Source of the DNA: an uncultured bacterium
GTDB taxonomy: Bacteria > Schekmanbacteria > GWA2-38-11 > J061
Length of the DNA: 14,786 bases
NCBI GenBank assembly: GCA_964549305.1
Contig: CAZJVM010000019.1
Location: 28,594-43,379, forward strand
Direction: 5' to 3'
In this document: positions 1 to 11,481 of the stretch, piece by piece
Layout of the letters: every line of letters starts with the position of its first letter
Numbering within the stretch: the first letter of the stretch is position 1
Made by a program: the position numbers and the translations under genes
Notes under the pieces: generated by a model
What the model was told of the DNA's origin: nothing
The model's database searches: none
What the model saw: only the letters and a program-made list of their open reading frames with translations

Positions 1-252
1 GAGGAAAAAGCGGCCCATCTTCTTTATTTTGTAACAAAAAATCATTCCTTTGTAGATGGCAACAAACGCATTGCGGCTTTTCTGTTCATCTGGTTTCTGG
101 ATGCAAATGGATTGCTTTACGGCAGGGAAGGCAGAAAACGCATTGCAGATAATGCTCTTGTTGCTCTGACGCTTATGATTGCAGAAAGCAATCCCCAGGA
201 TAAAGAGATTATTATCAGGGTAATTGTAAATCTCATCAATAAGGAAAATTAA
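1..252 (+). CDS. C-terminal part of Fic/Doc-family protein (RhuM-Fic/Doc-like), 5'-truncated by window edge
   Basis: Not in ORF track. Frame 1 reads EEKAAHLLYFVTKNHSFVDGNKRIAAFLFIWFL...NALVALTLMIAES...IVNLINKEN, stop TAA 250-252. HSFVDGNKR matches the Doc-type Fic motif HxFxDGNKR. Confidence 0.88.
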   Translation, partial: EEKAAHLLYFVTKNHSFVDGNKRIAAFLFIWFLDANGLLYGREGRKRIADNALVALTLMIAESNPQDKEIIIRVIVNLINKEN

Positions 253-255
253 AAA

Positions 256-270
256 CAGGCTTCTTGCCTG
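256..270. terminator. Short hairpin CAGGC-ttctt-GCCTG just after the Fic/Doc stop; possible intrinsic terminator
   Basis: Perfect 5-bp inverted repeat. The A-tract at 251-255 gives a U-tract on the minus strand; the plus-strand tail (CTGTGTT) is weak. Confidence 0.35.
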
Positions 271-344
271 CTGTGTTAAAATAATTTTCAACGATAAAAA
301 TATTATTTGGGACAGATGTTATAAATATATATAATGAGGAAATT

Positions 345-1166
345 ATGGGAATATTGAAAAAGAAGGAAATTGCCTTCATTGGCGCGGGAAATATGGCTGA
401 AGCCATTTTGGGCGGACTCCTGGGCAATAAAGCTCTGCCTTCGGGAAATATCACTTTAGGCGACCCTTCCGAAAAAAGGCTGGCGCACCTCAAAAAAAAA
501 TACGGCACAAAAACTACAAAATCAAATTGCGATGCCGCAAAGGGCTCGGATATAGTAATTCTTGCCGTAAAACCGCAGGTAATGGCGAACGTTCTTGACG
601 GGCTGAAGGATTTCATTCCGCCAGAAAAACTTGTCATCTCCATTGCCGCGGGAATAACCACATCATTCATAAAAGAGCGCCTCGGAAAAAAAACAAAGGT
701 CGTAAGAGTGATGCCAAACACTCCCGCACTTGTGGGAATGGGAATCTCGGCAGTTTCAGCGCCAGGGGGAATCTCCAAATCCCATATGTCTGCGGCTAAA
801 GAAATTATGAATACAGTTGGAAAAACCCTTTTTCTTGATGAACGCTATCTTAATGCTGTTACAGGGCTTTCCGGAAGCGGACCTGCATATTTTTTTCTTA
901 TGATTGAAGCCCTCATTGAAGGCGGTGTGGCATCAGGACTTTCAAGAAATGTTTCAAAAGAGCTTGCCGTAGAAACGGCAAGAGGTGCCGCCGCGCTTCT
1001 TGTCGAAACAGGAAAAGACCCGGCAACGCTCAGAGAAATGGTAACATCTCCGGGCGGAACCACTGTTGCGGGACTCAAAGTTCTTGAGGACGGAGCGGTG
1101 CGCCCGGCATTCAAAAAAGCGGTGAAGGCGGCAACTGCTCGTTCTAAGGAGTTGTCGGGAAAATAA
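345..1166 (+). CDS. proC: Pyrroline-5-carboxylate reductase
   Basis: Rossmann motif IGAGNMA, plus LAVKPQ, ISIAAG, RVMPNTP, TGLSGSGPAY and VTSPGGTT motifs. SD-like GAGGA upstream. Confidence 0.97.
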   Translation: MGILKKKEIAFIGAGNMAEAILGGLLGNKALPSGNITLGDPSEKRLAHLKKKYGTKTTKSNCDAAKGSDIVILAVKPQVMANVLDGLKDFIPPEKLVISIAAGITTSFIKERLGKKTKVVRVMPNTPALVGMGISAVSAPGGISKSHMSAAKEIMNTVGKTLFLDERYLNAVTGLSGSGPAYFFLMIEALIEGGVASGLSRNVSKELAVETARGAAALLVETGKDPATLREMVTSPGGTTVAGLKVLEDGAVRPAFKKAVKAATARSKELSGK

Positions 1167-1436
1167 GCCACGCACCCGCCATCGTTAAAAACGACAAAGC
1201 GCTATTATCCACACAAAAACTCAAACCAGGTAACCTTGTAACACATAGAAAGCACTGATTATGGCTGCTACGTTCCCGTCCTGACCAGATTCTCAGGTTT
1301 CTATTGTACAAGACCCGGTTATCAACGCCCTGTATGAACATGCTGACCTTCCCCGAATTTATCTCCGGCGGGAATTCGACCTCGCTGTAGCGAATTGCGA
1401 GTTACAGGGTATCGCTAACTCCCCGTCTAGCATGGC
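1167..1436 (-). ncRNA. ffs: Signal recognition particle RNA, large bacterial type (Bacillus scRNA-like, with Alu domain)
   Basis: Minus strand starts GCCATGCTAGACGGGGAGTTAGCGATACCCTGTAACTCGCAATTCGCTACAGCGAGG (Alu-like 5' domain). It contains the helix-8 motif GTCAGGACGGGAACGTAGCAGC and ends GGTGCGTGGC, which pairs with the 5' end. About 270 nt. Confidence 0.93.
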
Positions 1437-1446
1437 TTAAAAAGAA

Positions 1447-1535
<89 letters not shown>

Positions 1536-1566
1536 AGTTACAAAAAAAAATATAGATTTTTAAAAG

Positions 1567-1653
1567 CGGAGAAAGGGGGATTCGAACCCCCGGTACTCAA
1601 AAGAGTACAATTGATTTCGAGTCAACCGCCTTCGACCTCTCGGCCATCTCTCC
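1567..1653 (-). tRNA. tRNA-Ser(CGA), CCA not encoded
   Basis: Minus strand GGAGAGA...GTTGA-CTCGAAA-TCAAT anticodon arm, long variable arm GTACTC-TTTT-GAGTAC, GGTTCGAATCC T-loop, discriminator G. Confidence 0.96.
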
Positions 1654-1661
1654 GAAAAGGG

Positions 1662-1689
1662 ATTGTAGTCAAAAAGTTATGATTGTCAA
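1662..1689 (-). promoter_or_regulatory. Sigma70-type promoter of the tRNA-Ser/tRNA-Ser/SRP RNA unit
   Basis: Minus strand TTGACA (1689-1684), 16-nt spacer, TACAAT (1667-1662), then 8 nt to tRNA G1. Confidence 0.8.
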
Positions 1690-1708
1690 CTACGGTTATC
1701 GGATAAGA

Positions 1709-2306
1709 TTAATATTGAGGTTTTTCCAGGGCGCGCCCTTCTATGCTGAAATCGGAATAGGAAATGAAATCCACCTCGAGAGTCATACTGTCTATCTTCT
1801 TGAAACCGCCCTCGATGGTGTCTGCGTTTTGAAATGACTTTAGAGTGTCCGCAAATATGACTTTTACCGGAAAAGAATGTCCGCCTATCAGTTTTCCTCT
1901 TAAATCAAAGAAGCTGATATTCAGGTTGAGCATCTGAATATCTCTTTTTGTAATCACATTACCGCCATATGCGGCAATGTTGCCGACACCCTTGTAGCAG
2001 TTAAAATCAGTAATTTTTATCTTATACTCGGGAAATTCAAATTCGGAGGGAAATCTACCTTTGTTTGCTTTCGGAATCTTTATCTTGGCGGTACCCTGTT
2101 CTTCAGCGGGATTCTTGACGGGAGTTGTATCCTGTTGCCTGTTTTTTGCCGCTTTGTAGAGGCGCTCTTCAATGGATGTCAACCTGTTCGAGAGTATGCG
2201 CATCTGTTTTTGCATACTTTCCATATCCTTCTCGAGCCTGATGTTTTTTTTATCCTTACAGGAAAAAAAGAAAGGTATGAAAAGGAGCATTATAAAAATG
2301 GTTTTT

Positions 2307-2320
<14 letters not shown>
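1709..2320 (-). CDS. Hypothetical lipoprotein with coiled coil and FxLYD-like beta-rich C-terminal domain
   Basis: Basic N-terminus, hydrophobic stretch and FFFS-C lipobox-like site (Cys21). Heptad-like segment LEKDMESMQKQMRILSNRLTSIEERL. C-terminal pattern GNV...LNLNISFFDLRGKLIG resembles FxLYD domains. Overlaps the tadA end by 14 nt. Confidence 0.7.
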
Positions 2321-5421
<3,101 letters not shown>

Positions 5422-5437
<16 letters not shown>

Positions 5438-6525
5438 TTTCCACCTGTAATTTTAATAATTTTACCGCGGAATATATCTACATATTCTTTGGACAGAGTT
5501 GTTGCAGTTGCCATTACCTGCATATTCTTCTGAATAAGCGAACTTATGAAATTCTTCTCTCTTAACTCGTCAAACTCCGACGCAATATCGTCAACGAGAA
5601 ATACCGGATATTCATCTCTTTTTTCCTTTATAAGCTGAGCTTCCGACTCGAGGAGAGATAGTACTCCGGCTCGTTGCTCGCCTCTTGATGAAAAATATCT
5701 CATATCAGCGCCCGCGCTTATAATTTTTATCTCGTGCCTGTGTGGACCCGATGTGGTGAATCCTCGAATTTTGTCATTATGCCTTGTATCTGACAATTTT
5801 TTTCTGATTTTCTTTTCTATTTCTTCAGATGATAAATTTTTCCCGGAAAATCCGCAGTAGACGAGCTCTATATTTTTTTCTTTTCCGAAAATTCTGGAAT
5901 AAACCGTTGATATCATACTATTCAAATCATCAGTATAGAGCAGTCTCTTCCCAACTATCAAAGACCCGTATGATGATATTTCCCTTTCCCAAACCTCGAG
6001 CATATCGTCCTTTGCCGAGGTTCTGAATTTTTTAAGCAGGGCGTTCCTTTGAAGCACAGCCCTTTTATATCTTCTCAGAATCTTTATAAACGAAGGTTCA
6101 CATTTGACTATAACGGAATCAATAAAGAGGCGTCTTTTCTCCGGTCCGCCTTCTATTAAACTTACCGAACCCGGATAAAACAAGACAACGTTGATAATAT
6201 TTCGCACGTCGCTTTTTTTAAGAATTCCTTTTTCACTTTTAACGGTAAGCCCGGATATTCTGTCAAGAAGGGCGTTGCAAGATAATGTTGTTCCAGAATT
6301 TCCAATTTTAAGTTTTATAAGGGAAGATTCGGTTCCGGTTTTTATTATTTCGTTTTTTGACGCTGACCTGAAAGACTTGAATATAGAAACAATATATATG
6401 GCTTCGAGAATGCTGGTTTTTCCCTGAGAGTTTTCGCCTGTTATTAAAACATTTCCAGACCCGGTATGAAACGATAAATCTTCGATATTTCTGAAATTGT
6501 TTATGCTTACACTTTCAACACGCAA
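5422..6525 (-). CDS. recF: DNA replication and repair protein RecF
   Basis: NFRN, Walker A GENSQGKTS, GGPEKRRLFID, QRNALLK, GPHR, signature SRGEQR, Walker B FLVDDIASEFD. TTG start; lies between dnaN and gyrB. Confidence 0.93.
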
Positions 6526-6527
6526 CT

Positions 6528-7625
6528 CTATACCCGCATCGGCATAATTATTCCTATATACTGTTTATCTTCAACACCTTTCAGCATACAGGGACTTGAA
6601 GGTTCGTTAAGTTCAATTTTTATTTTCTTTCCGTCAATGGCTTCAATGGAATCAAGGAGATACTTTGAATTAAAACCTATTGATATTTCATCGCCATTGT
6701 ACTCACATCCTATCACTTCGTTCGCTTCACCAAGCTCAGGGTCATTAGCGCTTAACTTTATCTCGCCTCCGGAAACATTGAGTTTTATAGCTCTTGTCTT
6801 CTCGTTGCTCATAAGACTCACCCTTTTTACACCTTGCTTCAGGACATCTCCGTCAACTGAAACTACCAGGTTTCCCTTGCTTATTATAACTCTTTCATAA
6901 TCAGGAAACTCAGTTTCAATAAGCCTTACAACCACCTCTATCTCATCCTTCTTCATAAGAAGATAATTTTTTCCTACACTGAATGACGCGTCACCTTCAG
7001 TATCCTCTATGAGTCGCCTTATTTCCTGGATACCTTTTCTCGGAACTGTAACCCTGAATTTTGATTTTACTCCTTCAACCTTTGAATTTACCTTTGCCAG
7101 TCTGTGCCCGTCTGTTGCAACAAGTTCAAGATTGTCACCGTCAACATTCCAGAGCATTCCTGCAATATTTATCCTGCCTTCATCAGTCGACACTGCGTAG
7201 AATGTCTTTCTCATAAGATTAGACAAAACAATGGAATCAATTGTTACGGAAGACTCTGACTCAAACTCAGGAAATTTTGGATAATCCTCAGGATTTATTC
7301 CGGACATCTTGAATTTAATATTTTCACATTCAATGTTTGCCCAGTAGTTTTCGTCAACATCCATTAAAATATCCGATTCAGGAAGTTCCTTGACTATTTC
7401 GTAAAGTTTCTTGCAGGGAAGTGCAACTGCACCGGACCTTTCAACATCACATTCATAGTTTCCCCTTATTCCAACCTGAAGATCAGTACCGAATAGAGTA
7501 AGGTCATTTGATTCGCAGTTAAAGAGAACGCTTGAAAGTATTGGCATCGTAGTTGTCTTTGCGGAAATGTTTTGAATCCTTAACAACCCCTTAAGGAGGT
7601 TAGCTTTACTAATCTTTAATTTCAT
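6528..7625 (-). CDS. dnaN: DNA polymerase III beta sliding clamp
   Basis: TMPILS, GTDLQ, VATDGHRLA, FPDYERVI, IGFNSKYL and C-terminal IMPMRV. SD AAGGGG upstream. Confidence 0.97.
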   Translation of the reverse strand: MKLKISKANLLKGLLRIQNISAKTTTMPILSSVLFNCESNDLTLFGTDLQVGIRGNYECDVERSGAVALPCKKLYEIVKELPESDILMDVDENYWANIECENIKFKMSGINPEDYPKFPEFESESSVTIDSIVLSNLMRKTFYAVSTDEGRINIAGMLWNVDGDNLELVATDGHRLAKVNSKVEGVKSKFRVTVPRKGIQEIRRLIEDTEGDASFSVGKNYLLMKKDEIEVVVRLIETEFPDYERVIISKGNLVVSVDGDVLKQGVKRVSLMSNEKTRAIKLNVSGGEIKLSANDPELGEANEVIGCEYNGDEISIGFNSKYLLDSIEAIDGKKIKIELNEPSSPCMLKGVEDKQYIGIIMPMRV

Positions 7626-7649
7626 AATATCCCCTTAATTAGTAACAGA

Positions 7650-7674
7650 TAATAGTAGTAGGCTTTGTTGATAT
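7650..7674 (-). promoter_or_regulatory. Basal unwinding module: DnaA box, short GC spacer, DnaA-trios
   Basis: Minus strand ATATCAACA-AAGC-CTACTACTATTA has the same layout as the B. subtilis box/GGCC/trio element. Confidence 0.7.
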
Positions 7675-7878
7675 CTTATAAACCATATTTTAATCAAATA
7701 AAACATTAAGTTGATAAAGGATAAATATATTAAAAAAATATTGGTAAGCTGTTTATAACTCATTATAAAAAAAAATGAATACACAATTTTTTAAAAAAAA
7801 ATTTTTTTCTCTGGAAAAAGTACATTTTGACCATAAAGTAATTAACATTTTATTCACAACTGTGGATAAAATAATATG

Positions 7879-7989
7879 TAACAAACTGATTTTAAAACGG
7901 ATAATCTTTAAAGTATAAAGGTAAAAATTAATTTTTTGTTATATAAACAGGATATATTAAGTCCTTTTAAAGAATTTAACTATTTGATT
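7879..7989 (-). promoter_or_regulatory. Two IHF-consensus-like sites (7879-7891, 7977-7989)
   Basis: Minus strand AATCAGTTTGTTA and AATCAAATAGTTA fit WATCARNNNNTTR. The AT-rich background makes chance matches more likely. Confidence 0.45.
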
Positions 7990-8075
7990 TATAATCACTT
8001 TTTAACTTTTAAAGAAAAATCATACAATAGTCAGTTAATTTTGAATATTAACAGGGTTTTATACAGTCTGAAATC

Positions 8076-9644
8076 TCATTTTTTCACGCTTTTATCTGCT
8101 ATTTTTTTCAATATTTCCCTTGTAATTTCGGATTCTCTTATCCTTGAAAACGTTGTAATCGCGATATAAAGGAAAAATGGAATCGAAAGTGAAGCGGTAA
8201 GTGTAATCGCGAACATTATCTGATTTGACATAGCGAATGAATACAGAATGTTGTTGAATATAAAATATGACGAAAATGCCAGTATTATAGAAAATGCCAG
8301 TATTTTAAAAAATGATGTAATTGTTCTGTGAATTTTGATTTTGCTAACTCTCTTCATTATAAACAAAAGCGCGATAAAGTTGAAAAGTGAAACCATAGAT
8401 GTAGAGAGGCAGATTCCCGCATGTCCCCACCTCTTCATAAAAATCCAGTCAAGAAAAGCGTTAAGAAGGATATTGAATATACCTACATATGCGGGAAACC
8501 AGTTTTTTTTGAGACTGTAAAATCCTCTGTTCAAAAGAGTGTTTGCGCTTGTAAAGGGAAGTCCCACCGCGTAGAAAACAAGTGCGTTTGCCACAAATAT
8601 CGTATCAGATGAAGTAAAACTTCCACGCTCAAACACAATTTTCACAATGGGAACAGAGAGCATTAAGAAAAGACATGCACATGGAATTGTAAGGTAAAAA
8701 ATCTGCCCTATTCCGGACTCCAGTGTGTTTTTAAATTTTTCACTTTCGCCATTGGAAAATTTTGCAAGCATTGGAAAAAGCGCTGTTCCGATTGCGACTG
8801 CGAAAATCCCCATGGGAAGATGAAATATCCTGAACGCCGAATCTATTGCCGCAACGCTTCTAGGACCGAGATAAGAGGCAAATATAGTATCCACGAATAC
8901 ATTGAAATTGACGATTCCGAGTGTAATCGATACTGGAATGATGAGTCGGAATATTTTTTTAACATTTTCATTTTGAAGGTTAATTTTAAGATGGTACTTA
9001 ATGCCGTATTTTCGAAAAGGAATTATTAATACGGAAAACTGAGCTGCTGTGCCTATTAGAATTCCCCACGCCGCGGAATATATTCCTATCTCTTTTTGAA
9101 ACATCACGATAAGAAAAATAATTATTATATTCCATAGCACCGGTCCTGCGGCAGGTGCGGTGAAATGATTGAAGGAGTTTAGCATCCCAATAATAACTCC
9201 GCTTACGGCAAGAAAAATTATCGTGGGAAAAATAATAAAGGAAAGATTTACAGTTTCATTGAAAAGCTCAGGGTTATCTGAAAATCCCGGCGCGCAGATT
9301 GATATTACAAGAGGCATAAAAAGGGCGCAGACTGCTATGATGAGCGTGAGAAGTATGGCAAAAAAATTAATTATTGTAGATGAAATCCTGAATGCCTCGT
9401 CCTTTTTGCCGGCGGAAATAAGGTCTGTAAATACCGGAATGAACGCGGCGCTTATGGCTGTTTCCGTAAGAAGAGTGCGCAGAAGGTTAGGAACTTTGAA
9501 GGCAACGGTAAAGGCGCCTCTTATGTCAGTCAGCCCGAAATATTTTGCAAGCACAATTTCCCTTCCGAAACCCAGAAGCCTTGAAAGAAGAGTGAGTGCC
9601 GAAATTATAAAAATTGCGCCTGCCACTTTTCGTGTTTCGTTCAT
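8076..9644 (-). CDS. murJ: Lipid II flippase MurJ (MviN)
   Basis: LSRLLGFGRE, AFKVPNLLR, SAAFIPVF, LPMGIFAVAIGTALFP and FERGSFT motifs; many transmembrane segments. ATG at 9644 preferred over the TTG at 9665 of the ORF track. Confidence 0.93.
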   Translation of the reverse strand: MNETRKVAGAIFIISALTLLSRLLGFGREIVLAKYFGLTDIRGAFTVAFKVPNLLRTLLTETAISAAFIPVFTDLISAGKKDEAFRISSTIINFFAILLTLIIAVCALFMPLVISICAPGFSDNPELFNETVNLSFIIFPTIIFLAVSGVIIGMLNSFNHFTAPAAGPVLWNIIIIFLIVMFQKEIGIYSAAWGILIGTAAQFSVLIIPFRKYGIKYHLKINLQNENVKKIFRLIIPVSITLGIVNFNVFVDTIFASYLGPRSVAAIDSAFRIFHLPMGIFAVAIGTALFPMLAKFSNGESEKFKNTLESGIGQIFYLTIPCACLFLMLSVPIVKIVFERGSFTSSDTIFVANALVFYAVGLPFTSANTLLNRGFYSLKKNWFPAYVGIFNILLNAFLDWIFMKRWGHAGICLSTSMVSLFNFIALLFIMKRVSKIKIHRTITSFFKILAFSIILAFSSYFIFNNILYSFAMSNQIMFAITLTASLSIPFFLYIAITTFSRIRESEITREILKKIADKSVKK

Positions 9645-9652
9645 AGCTGTTG

Positions 9653-9682
9653 ATTGTAATGTCAAAGGTCAGATGTAGTCAA
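9653..9682 (-). promoter_or_regulatory. Putative sigma70 promoter of murJ
   Basis: Minus strand TTGACT (9682-9677), 18-nt spacer, TACAAT (9658-9653), then 8 nt to the ATG. Confidence 0.55.
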
Positions 9683-9889
9683 TTTATTCTCATTCTGAAG
9701 AAAAGGGGTAAAATCTCCTTTTGGTTTTTGACAGTAATTTTCATTCATTGTCCAATTGTAATTAATCTGAATATTTTTTGTTTAATAAATCTTTCAAATA
9801 AGTATTTCATCTGATAACTTTCAGTGGAGTGATTCATTTTTTTCAGCTGAGAAGCGCTCAATTCCAAAAAAATCCGGGAGGGGAAAAAG

Positions 9890-11341
9890 ATGAAGGTTGC
9901 TTTTATGTCTTCAGAAGTTATCCCGTTTGCAAAGACAGGCGGTCTGGCAGATGTGAGCGGAACTCTTCCCATAGAACTTAAAAAAAGCGGGATTGAAGAT
10001 ATTATAGTTTTTATGCCCGCATACAGAGAAGCAAAGAAAAAGGGAAACGAAACGACGCGGGAAGGGGAAATCTCCTTCGACTTTGCTGGAAAACAAGTTT
10101 CCGCGGGAATTCTTCGCGGAAAACTGTCTGACAATGTGGACATTATTCTGATTGAGAATGACGATTACTATGACAGGGACGGGCTTTACGTAACTAAGGG
10201 CGCGGACTTTCCCGACAACGCGCAGAGATTTTCCTTCTTTTCCCTCGCCTCGCTCACCTATCTAAGGCAAAAAAATTTTCGTCCCCACATAATCCACTGC
10301 AACGACTGGCAGTCCGGTCTTGTGCCTCTTTTTCTCAAAACTCATTTTTCGGGCGATGATTTCTTCGGCAAAACCGCAACATGTATAACCGTGCATAATC
10401 TCGCCTATCAGGGAAATTTCAACGCCGAACAGATTTCATTTCTCAATCTGCCATCTGAATATCTCACAGACGAAGGAATCAAATTTTATGATTCCTTCAG
10501 TTTCCTTAAATCAGGCCTTTTGTATTCAACTGTGGTCAATACGGTGAGCAAAAAATACAGTGAAGAAATACAGACAGGGGAATTTGGGTGCGGAATGGAA
10601 GGCATTCTTCAAAAAAGGTCGGATACCGTATTTGGCATCCTGAACGGAGTTGATTATTCTGCGTGGAATCCCGCAACGGACACACTCATACCTGCAAACT
10701 TCGATGATGGAAATCTTTCCGGAAAAGCGCAGTGTAAAAGAATCCTTCAGGAAAAATCAGGACTTGAAATCTCTGCCGAAAAACCACTTCTTGGTGTAGT
10801 TACACGCCTTGCCTACCAGAAAGGAATCGACATTCTTTCAGAAGCGGTTGATGAGATTGTATCAGAAGGCGCGCAGTTCGTGGTGCTTGGTACGGGCGAG
10901 AAGAGATATGAGGATGCCGTAAGTGCCTCTGCGAAACGACACGCAGGCAGGTTTTCTGCCACAATCGGCTTTGACAACGCCCTTGCCCATCTGATTGAAG
11001 CAGGTTCGGATATGTTTCTTATGCCGTCGCGGTATGAACCCTGCGGACTCAATCAGATGTACAGTCTGAAATACGGTACCGTGCCCGTGGTGCGCGCAAC
11101 GGGAGGTCTTGACGATACGATAAGGGATTTTGATTCAGAGGCTGAAGCCGGAAACGGCTTTAAATTCGAAGATCTTTCCGCAAAAGCATTTTCTGAAAAA
11201 CTTAGGAGCGCAATCTCTCACTACAGGGGAAAAGAGTGGCAAAAAATAGTTCTAAGCGGAATGAAGTGCGATTTTTCGTGGGAGAAATCGGCGCGCGCCT
11301 ATATAGCCCTTTATGAAAAAGCCATTGCCCTTAAAGATTAA
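9890..11341 (+). CDS. glgA: Glycogen synthase (GT5)
   Basis: AKTGGLADV, HCNDWQ, TVHNLAYQG, GILNGVDY, RLAYQKG, MPSRYEPCGLNQ, GGLDDT and DFSW motifs. SD GGAGG upstream. Confidence 0.96.
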   Translation: MKVAFMSSEVIPFAKTGGLADVSGTLPIELKKSGIEDIIVFMPAYREAKKKGNETTREGEISFDFAGKQVSAGILRGKLSDNVDIILIENDDYYDRDGLYVTKGADFPDNAQRFSFFSLASLTYLRQKNFRPHIIHCNDWQSGLVPLFLKTHFSGDDFFGKTATCITVHNLAYQGNFNAEQISFLNLPSEYLTDEGIKFYDSFSFLKSGLLYSTVVNTVSKKYSEEIQTGEFGCGMEGILQKRSDTVFGILNGVDYSAWNPATDTLIPANFDDGNLSGKAQCKRILQEKSGLEISAEKPLLGVVTRLAYQKGIDILSEAVDEIVSEGAQFVVLGTGEKRYEDAVSASAKRHAGRFSATIGFDNALAHLIEAGSDMFLMPSRYEPCGLNQMYSLKYGTVPVVRATGGLDDTIRDFDSEAEAGNGFKFEDLSAKAFSEKLRSAISHYRGKEWQKIVLSGMKCDFSWEKSARAYIALYEKAIALKD

Positions 11342-11481
11342 ATGACAGTCCGCGACTGCGTGGCGGTATTTTTGACATAAACTTTAAATTCTTGACATTC
11401 AGCAGGATAAAGTGTTTAAAAACAAGACTTTTCTGCCGCCACAGGGCATTCGTTTTATAGGTGAAACTCTAATACTCAGGG

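Larger units (their letters stand above)
7626..8075. other. oriC: Candidate chromosomal replication origin oriC
   Basis: Very AT-rich. Consensus DnaA boxes TTATTCACA 7850-7858 and TGTGGATAA 7861-7869; degenerate boxes at 7666-7674, 7709-7717 and 7750-7758. DnaA-trio run TAATAGTAGTAG 7650-7661 lies next to a box. Directly upstream of dnaN; most flanking genes point away from it. Confidence 0.8.

Noticed and set aside
236-778. 180-aa minus-strand ORF (also 845..1171 and 954..1175)
   Set aside because: Antisense shadows of proC with no recognisable motifs.
1144-1341. 65-aa minus-strand ORF
   Set aside because: Lies almost entirely within the SRP RNA gene, which explains the sequence.
7936-8169. 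77-aa plus-strand ORF, or a dnaA remnant, in the origin region
   Set aside because: AT-rich low-complexity translation overlapping murJ antisense; no DnaA domain IV motif (such as RDHTTV) seen.
11420-11434. AACAAGACTTTT as a KstR2 operator (AnCAAGnnCTTGnT)
   Set aside because: Spacing and right half do not fit; only a half-site resemblance.
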